A DNA stretch of 64,000 nucleotides. It comes from Macrostomum hystrix. Taxonomy: Eukaryota > Animalia > Platyhelminthes. The DNA lies in contig CATNEN010000032.1 in assembly GCA_950097015.1 (NCBI GenBank), positions 1,302,001 to 1,366,000 on the forward strand. The letters are read 5' to 3'. Below the pieces are notes generated by a model that did not search any database, had not been told where the DNA came from, and was given only the letters and a program-made list of their open reading frames with translations. Each line of letters starts with the position of its first letter. Position 1 is the stretch's first letter. This document shows, in pieces, positions 1 through 11,216 of this stretch. The position numbers and the translations under genes are program-made.

Positions 1-1
1 C

Positions 2-472
2 GCTGGGTCGAAGTCGGCCTGTTATGTGGGTCGCAATGGTCTGCCAGTCGCCTCAACGGTGTCTGCGATAACGACCGCGGCAGCAGAATGGAAGCCGGGT
101 GAATCCTCGGACAGTGAGCGAATAGGACTGCTGAGACCAAACCTGAGCTGGAAGGCTGAACTGGACGATCCATCTGCGGTGAGTACACTGCTAAGGACAC
201 CGACCTCACCTACCTGTTGCACACCGACCTCACCTGTTACACACCGACCCCACCTGCTTCAACATCTTCTGCCAGACTGTACTCTCTGGCGCTGAACCAG
301 GTTCGAAAGAGGCCGCAGCCGCAGCCGCCGCCGCCGCCCGTCTCGACGCTCAACGCCGGAGTCGTCGAATCGTCGGCTTCGACCATACCAACGGTGACGA
401 CGCATTGCCGTCAGCCAGAGAGGCTGCCATTCTGAACCGCCTGAGAGCCCGCTCTGCTGCACAGCGTCAGAC

Positions 473-538
<66 letters not shown>

Positions 539-1316
539 GCAGATGAGGCGCGAACTGACAGCCTCAGATTACGCCTCGCTGGTGCCAATAGCCGAATCGG
601 TGGACAATCTTCGCCGATCGAAGACGCAGACACAAGACGCCGCCGCTGCTGAGACAAAGACACCAGCGACAAAGACGACTCCACCAACGGTTCACCAGAT
701 TGAAAAGTCGAATCGTCGTGGCAGTCGTCCGCGTCAGCGACCCATCAAGAAGTCGCTGCTGACTAAGCCGATGGTTGCGGCGACATTCTCGCCCCGGCGC
801 GACAACGACGCCGATGCCAGCTTGGTTGTTTCCACCCTGGCTGCCGGCGTCGCTTCATCGGAGGGTCCAAACAGTCAAAACAGTCAGCAGCCAGCGGGCC
901 GGGTTGCAACCGGGCGCGCGCTGTCGTCGACTTCGACGCCCGCGCAATTGAAGCGCGTGAACCAAGGCAAGCCTGGCGCGGAAGCGTACCTGTCCATTGT
1001 AAGCGTCTTGACCAGCCCTCTGGATCACCGGATTTGGTCAACGGGTGCCATTGGTGGTCGTTACCCAAAGCCTTCGCAGCAGCTCCCTCAGCCGCCACCG
1101 CCGCCGCTGCTGCCGTCGCCGCCGGCCACGCCCCCGCCTCCGCCAGTCCGATCGGCTCCGATGCCTTCAACGCCACGAGACGCCACCGCTGATGAGGATC
1201 TTGAAGCTACTCAAAGTCCGCTGATGTCAGCTTCTGTTACGTCGCTGACGTCCACGAAGAACTCGGACCGAGCGTCTGTGGGGGCCATTGTGAAGATTCC
1301 TCGTGCCGATTATTAG
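2..1316 (+). CDS. 3' part of a spliced gene encoding a low-complexity Gln/Ala/Pro-rich protein (5'-partial)
   Basis: Frame 2 is open from the window start to 178. Donor GCG/gtgagt at 179, acceptor ttctgccag/ at 275, phase-0 join into an open frame 276-1316 (TVLSGAEPGSKEAAAAAAAAARLDAQRR...polyQ...KIPRADY*). AATAAA at 1486. No recognisable domain. Confidence 0.65.
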
Positions 1317-2788
1317 AGATTCAAGAACTAAATTTTTAAGCATACTACTAACTTACAAGTAGTGTGTCCTAATTTTCAATAGTCATTTTACTCAAAAATT
1401 AGATTTTACTGTCACTCACTACAACCCTTGTTCAAATTCAGCTATAAACACACGTCTTCCTTCAGAACAAAATAATAGAGTAATGAATAAAAAATAATAT
1501 AACTTTCAGTTTAAACTTATTTAACATGTGATTCAAACAAACAGAAGTTTTGATTTTATACTTATTTTTTATTTTATCGAAGCATACATACGGTTTGCGT
1601 TGCCTTAATTGCAATACGAGGGTCGATCAGCAAGACTTTAGCCTGAGTGTGATCCAAGAGAATAATAGGCACGAAATAAGTCTTTGTTTCAGACCAATTA
1701 CATTTAGAAGTTTTTAGCGAAAAAATGAATGTAATCGTAATGTAATACTTTGGTATGGTTTTAGATCTCAAGTTTCATGGAGGCATGGCTATGCACTTTT
1801 GGTGACATTAGTGACATTAGACGCACGTAGGATGCGCGCTAATGTCCTTTAGTCTATGTCTAGTTCATAGACTAAAGTTTAGTAGACTAATTAAAGGAAT
1901 AGCTTAGACAAACATTTTTGTCTATGGTGGGAAGTGGGGGCTTCGCCTATGTGGGTGGCCAATTTTATTGCGATGTATGCATAGGCTTATTGGCGCACGA
2001 ATAATGTGTAGTTTTCCAGATGAATTTCAAAATGGTTCAAAAAATTGTCACAATGGGGAAAAAGCGAAAGACCGCATTCTGTGCAAAGCACCAACAATGA
2101 CAACAGCCGTTATGTTGTTTGTAGCCGTATTCATGCTCAGTTACAATCTCATAATTAAAGTACATTCACTAGCAGAGTATAGTTGAATCTAGATACATTT
2201 GTCGAGCAATTTCCATTTCCATTCGCACCTGGTTTTCTAGAAATTAGTATGACTGGACATGCAAATGCACATGCAATTTTGCACTAATGCAGTAATGTCA
2301 ACTTTTGTTAAACTCATCCATATTCCATATCCATTTGTGAGCCATTTGTAATTGCTGAATTCTGCTTTGATTTTATTAGTCTGTAATTTCTAATAATAGA
2401 TTTTCGATATAGATAGAAGTCTTTCGCAAATAACTGTAACTTGTTTTCCATGAATTGAAGTGTATAAATCAGCAGTGACATCCAAGGTCACACTCAACTT
2501 GTTTTCCATGAATTGAATTGTATAAATCAGCAGTGACATACAAGGTCACACTCAACTTTTCACGCGACGCTAGCGTGATATTTCAGTCGTACACTTGGCA
2601 CTTTCTATTAATTTGGGATCTTCAGGCACGTCATGACTGCGTAAATAATGTGACTGCCGCCACTTCAGCCGTCAAGGTCAACTGACACGTGAGGCTTGCG
2701 TGACTATCTCGACACAAATTTGCTGCACGGAAGTAAGACGTATTTTAGAAGCAAGGACAAGACAATTTTAGGATGGGACACTCTAAAT

Positions 2789-3410
2789 CAGGGGTCGGCA
2801 AACTCCGGCCCGCGGGCCAGATGCGGCCCTCGAAGCTCCCAAATCCGGCCCGTCGCCCCTTCTGACATCTACAGTGTCCTGTTTAATCTCTCTCGTGTCT
2901 AATCTCTCCTCTGTCTAATCTCTCCCGTGTCTCATCTCTCCCCATCTTATCTCTCCCGTGTCTCATCTCTCCCGTGTCTAATCTCTCCCGTGTCTAATCT
3001 CTCCCGTGTCTCATCTCTCCCGTGTCTAATCTCTCCCGTGTCTAATCTCTCCCGTGTCTCATCTCTCCCCGTCTTATCTCTCCCGTGTCTAATCTCTCCC
3101 GTGTCTAATCTCTCCCGTGTCTCATCTCTCCCCGTCTTATCTCTCCCGTGTCTAATCTCTCCCCGTCTTATATCTCCCGTGTCTAATCTCTCCCGTGTCT
3201 AATCTCTCCTCGTCTTATCTCTCCCGTGTCTTATCTCTCCCGTGTCTAATCTCTCCCGTGTCTAATCTCTCTCGTGTCCCATCTTTCCTGTGTCTCATCT
3301 CTCCCGTGTCTCATCTCTCCCGTGTCTCATATTTCTACAGTCAATGCGGCCCGCTGTCGTCTTTTAGGTTCTCTCTTTGGCCCGCTAGCAAATAAGCTTG
3401 CCTACCCCTG
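2789..3410. mobile_element. Non-autonomous hAT (Charlie-like) MITE carrying an internal minisatellite
   Basis: TIRs CAGGGGTCGGCAA / TTGCCTACCCCTG (12/13 match), subterminal CGGCCCGCGGGCC and TGCGGCCC motifs typical of Charlie-type hATs, 8-bp TSD ctctaaat (2781-2788) / ctctgaat (3411-3418). Confidence 0.85.
2880..3330. repeat. CT-rich 15-16 bp minisatellite (tctcccgtgtctaatc / tctcatc) inside the hAT MITE
   Basis: Direct reading. The TGTCT(C/A)ATCTCTCCC core is shared with arrays at 49.7-51.9 kb and 59.0-60.2 kb. Confidence 0.9.
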
Positions 3411-3711
3411 CTCTGAATAGATCAAATATTTTGTAGGCCTGTTTTCGTAAAAAGAATACACTGTGCAGAGATAGGATAATGTCTATTTTTTGGTTTGCAA
3501 TGCAATATTTACAACATTTAAGTAATCTGTCGCGACTATTGAGAGGATAAAATCAGGATAGAAATGAAAAATAAGATGTTTAGTAACATTAAGAGAAACA
3601 TTTTTTCTCCTAAATCTAAACTTTAGCCTAACTCGATAATCCAATGCGACATCATTCCAGCAAGTTTTTCTTCCACAAATTTCTGTTCTTAGTTTTACGA
3701 GTATGAGTAAC

Positions 3712-3950
3712 GAGGTTGTAGCCTAGTGGTTAGTGCATCGGACTCACGACTTGAAGGTCGGGGGTTCGAATCCCGACTCCACTGGACAATTTTGTGTCCT
3801 TAAGTCTGCAAGACACTTAACTCTGCACTGATTCTCCCAGCTGTTAGAGTAAATGGGTAGCAGAATTAGCTGGGGTAATTTAGAGTGGATGTGGTGTCCC
3901 CCAGTCCATGGACTGAACAGCGGTACGCAGCCTTCTAGTACGCAGCCTTT
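3712..3950 (+). mobile_element. tRNA-derived SINE, copy 1 (3'-truncated)
   Basis: Head GAGGTTGTAGCCTAGTGGTTAG...GGTTCGAATCCC (Pol III A and B boxes), then GTGTCCTT..GCAAGACACTTAACTCTGCA..CCCAGCTGT..AAATGGGTA body. Three further copies in the window. Confidence 0.85.
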
Positions 3951-4994
3951 TAGTTCTCAAGTACAAAGGCGTCTGGTTGATAAGCACGAGTAAACACGAA
4001 TAAACATTAGCACGAGTATGAAAGTGATTTGGAGCGAATATGTCATTATCTGTTTGGACAAAAATGTTCAGTGGACCGATCAAAAACAAATGATTACGGT
4101 TAGCCAACTATATAGACTTGAACATCCTGCATATTGATCTACGAGCTAGCAACATTACTCAAGCAAGCATGGGGCATTGAACCAGACAATAAGGAATCTA
4201 TCGTTTGTCGGCTAAGAAACGTCACGAGTGAGCAGTGCTCAAATAATGTGCACACGAGCAGAAATGCTTTAGTAGAGGGCACATCACTTTCATGAGAAAG
4301 TGTTCACACAAAAAATAAATAATGTTGTAACAAAGCTATTAGACAAGCAAAATCAGTGCCTTGCGCACTATTCAAATCAACGTCTTATTTTAAACAATTT
4401 ATTAACGAGCTGGTTAAAATGAGACGCCATTGCTACTGGGATGAGAACTGTGCATCCGCCTGTCAGTGAAACAGTCAGTGCGTGTCAGTTCAGATGATGA
4501 AAGCTTTGCAAAATCTATTAGGACAACTAAGTGTCTGAACAACATACTTTCAATTTAACAGTAGAAAGACCAGACTAGCTCCCCCTGGGTATTTCAAACA
4601 CCCGCTGCCTACTTCCCAAACAGAATGACCGATTTTAGTGAAATTCCACCATCTAAATAAATATTTTCCGACGTTGAATATCTCGCCGATGCAATGGTTT
4701 GTGATTCTGGAAGTTGTTTCATGAGCTGGGTCTCCATGGCGATTGGTTGAATACTCTGAGAGATGCAGAAATGAAAAATGTGGCTATTTTAAAAGCCCCG
4801 TGGCCTTCCACTGTTTCAAGGCCTCATTGGAGATTAAATGCATCAGCCAATGAAGGCATTAGCTGAATCAGCTGAAAGAGTCTTGGCCATCGGAAAATCC
4901 CATAAATGTAATCCCACGAGCTGACAACAGGTAATCCTACGAGCAACAGTGGATTAGGGACTTAACAGAAGGGGACAGCCAGCCTGCTCAAAGG

Positions 4995-6386
4995 ATGCTT
5001 CAGTTTCCTTTGTATCACCGACTAATCAACTGCTCACAATGGCCTCTGCTAGAAGGAGATCTGAGCAACTCGAGCAACTCGAGCTACAACAGCAGCCGGG
5101 TCAGCAGCCAGCACTGCCCGGAGCTGCATGCCCAAGCCTGGCTGTTTCTCGCCTTCAGCTGCGCCGTCGTCTTTCTGGCCATCGGCGGCCGCTTTCTCGC
5201 GACGCAGAATCGTCGAGCAGATCGGGCACTTGCCTGCGCTCTTCGGTGCCTTCTGGCGGCGGAGGCGGCCGTGGCTGCCTGCCTGATAATTGACAGCGGC
5301 GCCCTGCTGGGACTGGGACTCTGCCGGGACTACCCCACAGTGCGCACTGGCCTGCTGGGCAGCCTGGGACTCGGGATCAACCAGTGGCTGGCGTCCGTGT
5401 TCCTGTTCCAGCGCAACTGGCTGTTGGCTCTCGTAGGGTTACGGCGCTGCTGCCTGTTCCGCCGGCGACTGACTGGCAGTCGGGTGGCAACCAGTGCTGA
5501 GGCGCGACGAAGCTGCAGCCCTTGTTGTTGTCTCTTTCACATCCGGCGACATCGAGAATGTGAAGGCGTACACTTGAAGTGCCGGGAAGTCGACGCTTGC
5601 GAAGCCGAACTCGACTGTGATGGAGAGCGTCTTGACGGAGGAGCCAACTGCGTGAACGCGAGCGCAGGCCAATCGGGATGTGTACTCGATGGCCGAGACG
5701 CCATCGTCAGCAGCGAGCCCGCACAGGAGCCAGCCGAAAGCCAAACCGGATGCGGACTCGACGACGATGGACCAGTTGGAGAGTGCGAATGCGGATGCGT
5801 CGGCAGTGGTGGAGGAGGCGGCGGCAGCGAGGTGGTCTGTGACAGCGTCTGCTGGCGGCTTCTGCTTGTTGCTGGCTCTGCCGCCTGCGCCGGCCTGCAA
5901 TCGTTCGGCGTCGCCGGAGTTGTCTGCGGGGATTCGAATCCGTGGCATCCGGCCGGACGACCGGTGCTAGTCGAGCCGCTACTGATCAGCGTCGGTGCTA
6001 GTCCGGGCCTCCAGGCGGCTCTCAACGTGGGCCTGGTGATGCCGCTGCAGTCAGCGCTGCCGCTGACCATCGGCGTGACGGCTTCGGCCGCGATGCTGGC
6101 TCCACTGCGCAAGCGTTGGCGCTATAGACGCTCGTTCTGGGCCCTGCTGATCATGAACGTTGGCCAGGCGGCCCTGTGCCTGCCGATCCTGCTGCTGCGC
6201 CTGATCGAGCTGGCCAACTATGAGCAGCTGAACAATCTGTTCTGGCTGAGCAACCTGCTTAACTGCTGCCTGTCGCTGGGGTGCGTGCTAGCCTACTATT
6301 ATCAGTGCACCGAGTGCTGCGACAGGGGCGGAGTCAGCGGCGGAGATGAACGACGGCGGGCGGCACCTTCAGCAAGGCATCGATGA
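4995..6386 (+). CDS. Intronless, highly divergent rhodopsin-class (7TM) receptor-like protein, 463 aa
   Basis: ATG ORF with an N-terminal NSS glycosylation cluster and seven hydrophobic stretches. Class-A-like landmarks: LLAAE (TM2), Cys before TM3, FQRN in place of DRY, LP (TM5), LCLP (TM6), LNCCLSLGCVLAYY (TM7). Family assignment is by motif eye-matching only. Confidence 0.6.
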   Translation: MLQFPLYHRLINCSQWPLLEGDLSNSSNSSYNSSRVSSQHCPELHAQAWLFLAFSCAVVFLAIGGRFLATQNRRADRALACALRCLLAAEAAVAACLIIDSGALLGLGLCRDYPTVRTGLLGSLGLGINQWLASVFLFQRNWLLALVGLRRCCLFRRRLTGSRVATSAEARRSCSPCCCLFHIRRHRECEGVHLKCREVDACEAELDCDGERLDGGANCVNASAGQSGCVLDGRDAIVSSEPAQEPAESQTGCGLDDDGPVGECECGCVGSGGGGGGSEVVCDSVCWRLLLVAGSAACAGLQSFGVAGVVCGDSNPWHPAGRPVLVEPLLISVGASPGLQAALNVGLVMPLQSALPLTIGVTASAAMLAPLRKRWRYRRSFWALLIMNVGQAALCLPILLLRLIELANYEQLNNLFWLSNLLNCCLSLGCVLAYYYQCTECCDRGGVSGGDERRRAAPSARHR

Positions 6387-6867
6387 GTCCATTGTTAGAA
6401 GATATGAACAGTAGACCACTGCTTGTTTTTCAAATATCCACATTTTTCTTTTTGCCGCATCTCTTAAAATGGCCAACCAATGGCCATGAAAACCCGGCTC
6501 CATCGGATGAAACACCTTCCAGAATCACAAATGTATGTGAAATAATCCTTTTCCTAGGGCGGAAATGGCGTAGGCTTTATACTGTTAAAGAATTTTCTAC
6601 TGTCTCTCGGCTTAATGAATATTGAAAGCAATTTTTAATGACTCGACCTGGATTTCTGGGCTTCTGTTGCAGAAAGCAGAAAGTACAAGAAATGCTTCGG
6701 TAGCGCAAAAATGCAGAAGTTCTCTTTGGGAAAGTTTCACGAGATTTTAAAGCTCACTTTTTTTTCATTTAAATACATCTGGCGGCATGCAGTTATTTAC
6801 GGAGAAGAAATTAAGATTTCAGCGAAATGTAAACTGATCATATGCTTTTTTCGTCGAGATAAATATC

Positions 6868-7360
6868 CATTGTAGCTCCATCCCTCCAAATCCATGGTAG
6901 CTCCATCCCTCCCAAATCCATGGTAGCTCCATCCCTCCAAATCCATGGTAGCTCCATCCCTCCCAAATCCATGGTAGCTCCATCCCTCCCAAATCCATGG
7001 TAGCTCCTTCCCTCCCAAATCCATGGTAGCTCCATCCCTCCCAAATCCATGGTAGCTCCATCCCTCCCAAATCCATGGTAGCTCCATCCCTTCCAAATCC
7101 ATGGTAGCTCCATCCCCCCAAATCCATGGTAGCTCCATCCCTTCCAAATCCATGGTAGCTCCATCCCTCCCAAATCCATGGTAGCTCCATCCCTCCCAAA
7201 TCCATGGTAGCTCCATCCCTTCCAAATCCATGGTAGCTCCATCCCTTCCAAATCCATGGTAGCTCCATCCCCCCAAATCCATGGTAGCTCCATCCCTTCC
7301 AAATCTATGGTAGCTCCATCCCTCTGAATCCATGGTAGCTCCATCCCTCCCAAATCCATG
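6868..7360. repeat. 25-26 bp minisatellite (tccatggtagctccatccctcccaaa), about 19 copies
   Basis: Direct reading; explains the repetitive ORFs at 6797-7359. Confidence 0.95.
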
Positions 7361-9073
7361 GAGGCTGCATTAACTTTGCTAGTTTATTCAAAGCAAGACA
7401 GATAAAGGTTGCATAATACTTAATTAATAAAAAGCTGGGATTGATATTGACATCTGATAGAGCTGACATCTGATGAAGCACATGCAGTATCATGTGCTTT
7501 GCTAAGGAACTCGGTTAAAAAAACACCCTTTCCAATCAACATCATCATCATTATCGTCAGATCGAGTCAAAACTACATTTAGTCCGTGCTAGCTAGCAAA
7601 AATAGGAGATTGACATCAAAGGGTATTAGCTGAGCTTTTGTGATCTATATTTGAATAACTTATTTTGATACCTCCCACTGTTGGCAAGGTTAGTTTTTTT
7701 GCTATTTTAAATATTAATTTTGCCATAAATCACAGATTTTTGACATTGTGGGGCCCATTGTGCCCCGTCATGGTAGCAATGCTTGCGATATTTAGCTGCA
7801 AATGTACATATATGTGTACCTCGCCGCGCGAACATCGTAGATCCCATTTGCCACAAATGCCTCATTATTCAAAGCCACGTGTCATTAGTGCTTCGACATC
7901 CTACGATAAATATCATAGCTATGATAGTATTTCATTAAGAAGATTAAGGCTGTTACTATATTTTTAGTCTATCACCAACGAGGACAAGAAGCTGCCCTCT
8001 AACTCGCCTCTAAGACTTTTTGAAGTCGCTAAGAATCATAAAATATTCTTTCTAAGAAAATACCTTTGTACAGGTCTTCATTAAAAATACATTTGAAAGA
8101 ATCTAGTCCGGAAATTGAAATGTTGCATCACGTGGAATAAAAATTCTCAAAGCGAGCACAGCTTAATTAGCAGAGGGATCAAGAACTTCATCTACATTTC
8201 GGGTATCAATGATGATTGTGCATGAAAATAATCCTTAAAACTGAATGAGTTTCTATACGTAACTGCGCCAGCGACCGATTCCCACGCGACTACTTGTGGA
8301 TTGCCATTAATTATTATTAATTAATTATTATTAGTATTATTAATTAATTATTAATACTATTAATTTCCTCGAGGAGAGTCACATTGAAACTATTTTTAGA
8401 AATCAGCTTCTGTCATTTGTTTGATTTCGCTCCACTTTTGCTAGCTATTTCTTAGAAATGCCATATTTTTTTCGCGCTTTTAAAATCGTGCGAGCGAGCG
8501 AAAGCCAGCACGTGACTTAATCGAACCAATCAAGCTTGCAGACTAGAGCCAGTTATTAGCATAATAATTTATTGATCCTGAAAATACGTACGCACGTACT
8601 TACGAGCATTATACCTACTGAAAAAAATTAATTTGCCTTTTTTCCGATAAGGCAAGATTAAAAATAACTAAATAGTTTACAGAATACAAAATAGACTGGA
8701 CTTATAAATAGAACTTTGGAGATGAAAATGCTAAATAGGCCACCACCTCACGCACGCAGCACTATTACAGTTAGTATTCCACTGCATGCCTGCATACGCT
8801 GATTATTTTACTTGGCTCAACCGCAGTTTCAGCTAGGCAGCACTAGAAGAGGCGTCAACATATAGATAGATCATTTGATCTGAAACAAGCAAAAACTGCT
8901 TTTAATTTAGCTCTATCGCATTCTGGTTTATAACACTTGTCCATCTTTTTAAGCCTCTCTTGCAACTAGCCAATCTGCTCCTTTGATGACGTTAATGTAA
9001 GGAATATTCGAATGTTAACAAAGGAATATTTGCTTTCTTTGTAGGATGATAGACTAGAGAAGGCCTGGCCAGC

Positions 9074-10617
9074 GGATAATGAACATCCTTGAAGAATCAG
9101 ATGTGGATAATGAACATCCATGAAGAATCAGATGTAGATAATGAACATCCCTGAAGAATCAGATGTGGATAATGAACATCCCTGAAGAATCAGATGTGGA
9201 TAATGAACATCCATGAAGAATCAGATGGGGATAATGAACATCCATGAAGAATCAGATGTGGATAATGAACATCCCTGAAGAATCAGATGTGGATAATGAA
9301 CATCCCTGAAGAATCAGATATGGATAATGAACATCCATGAAGAATCAGATGTGGATAATGAACATCCATGAAGAATCAGATGGGGATAATGAACATCCAT
9401 GAAGAATCAGATGTGGATAATGAACATCCCTGAAGAATCAGATGTGGATAATGAACATCCCTGAAGAATCAGATATGGATAATGAACATCCCTGAAGAAT
9501 CAGATGTGGATAATGAACATCCATGAAGAATCAGATGTGGATAATGAACATCCATGAAGAATCAGATGTGGATAATGAACATCCATGAAGAATCAGATGT
9601 GGATAATGAACATCCCTGAAGAATCAGATGTGGATAATGAACGTCCATGAAGAATCAGATGTGGATAATGAACATCCATGAAGAATCAGATGTGGATAAT
9701 GAACATCCATGAAGAATCAGATGTGGATAATGAACATCCATGAAGAATCAGATGTGGATAATGAACATCCCTAAAGAATCAGATGTGGATAATGAACATC
9801 CATGAAGAATCAGATGAGGATAATGAACATCCATGAAGAATCAGATGTGGATAATGAACATCCATGAAGAATCAGATGTGGATAATGAACATCCCTGAAG
9901 AATCAGATGTGGATAATGAACATCCCTGAAGAACCAGATGTGGATAATGAACATCCCTGAAGAATCAGATGTGGATAATGAACATCCATGAAGAATCAGA
10001 TGTGGATAATGAACATCCATGAAGAATCAGATGTGGATAATGAACATCCATGAAGAATCAGATGTGGATAATGAACATCCATGAAGAATCAGATGTGGAT
10101 AATGAACATCCATGAAGAATCAAATGTGGATAATGAACATTCCTGATGAATCAGATGTGGATAATGAACATCCCTGAAGAATCAGATGTGGATAATGAAC
10201 ATCCATGAAGAATCAAATGTGGATAATGAACATTCCTGATGAATCAGATGTGGATAATGAACATCCATGAAGAATCAGATGTGGATAATGAACATCCATG
10301 AAGAATCAGATGTGGATAATGAACATCCATGAAGAATCAAATGTGGATAATGAACATCCCTGAAGAATCAGATGTGGATAATGAACATCCATGAAGAATC
10401 AGATGTGGATAATGAACATCCATGAAGAATCAGATGTGGATAATGAACATCCATGAAGAATCAAATGTGGATAATGAACATCCCTGAAGAATCAGATGTG
10501 GATAATGAACATCCATGAAGAATCAGATGTGGATAATGAACATCCCTGAAGAATCAGATGTGGATAATGAACATCCATGAAGAATCAGATGTGGATAGTG
10601 AACATCCCTGAAGAATC
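9074..10617. repeat. 31-bp minisatellite (ggataatgaacatccatgaagaatcagatgt), about 50 copies
   Basis: Direct reading; period 31, variation mostly catcca/catccc. Confidence 0.97.
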
Positions 10618-11216
10618 GCTTTAATGTAAAAATAAAGACAGTTTTGAAACGCAGGATGCGGAAGGATTATGTTTTGCACAAAAAGCAGCAAAAATGAACA
10701 CGCTGCTTAGGCTACTTTATAATTCCTTGCTTTCTTATTATTGCTGTTGAGATTGAGAAAAAAACGCCTTTTATAAAGATAAATGTTGGCTGGAAAAAGA
10801 GAAGTATAGATACTTTGATAATTAAAGTTTGGCTGCTATTATTGTAGCAAAAAAATCAACTTACTCCCCTAAAAGCAACTTCTGAGGATTAGTACTTTAA
10901 GATACACAACAAATACCTGCTTATTATGCGCACTAAAAAGGTGCCAATTTAAAACGAGGCAAGAGTTCAAATAGCGAACTGTTTAAAACAAAACTTGCGA
11001 AAAATGCTAACTTGGAAACAGAAAATTAAACAAATGAAAAGTAACTGCTTTAAAAACGGGGATATACTTAAACAGAGCTTTTAATAAATAGCTGGTAAAT
11101 TTGGAAAAGGTTGACAAATAACTAAAAAACGTTTTTTAAAAACAGCAAAAAAACAAACACATGGGCGTCACTTAGACCGTTCTTGGAATTAGTCCAACTA
11201 ATAACCCTCAGCCGTT

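Noticed and set aside
259-1176. Antisense ORFs overlapping GC-rich exons (also 5439-6112, 11316-12368, 33812-34664, 62299-62619)
   Set aside because: Expected shadows of GC-rich coding sequence; no domains or splice support.
3712-3782. tRNA gene (also at 38258, 42750-42818, 43060-43128)
   Set aside because: A/B boxes are present but acceptor and anticodon stems do not pair, and each continues into the same ~230-bp body, so these are SINE heads.
6797-7359. Repetitive Trp/Gly-rich ORFs in three minus frames (and similar ORFs at 12295-13635, 30052-30717, 34667-35533, 36213-36805, 57640-58005, 62577-63206)
   Set aside because: All coincide with tandem arrays lying in introns or flanks of better-supported gene models.
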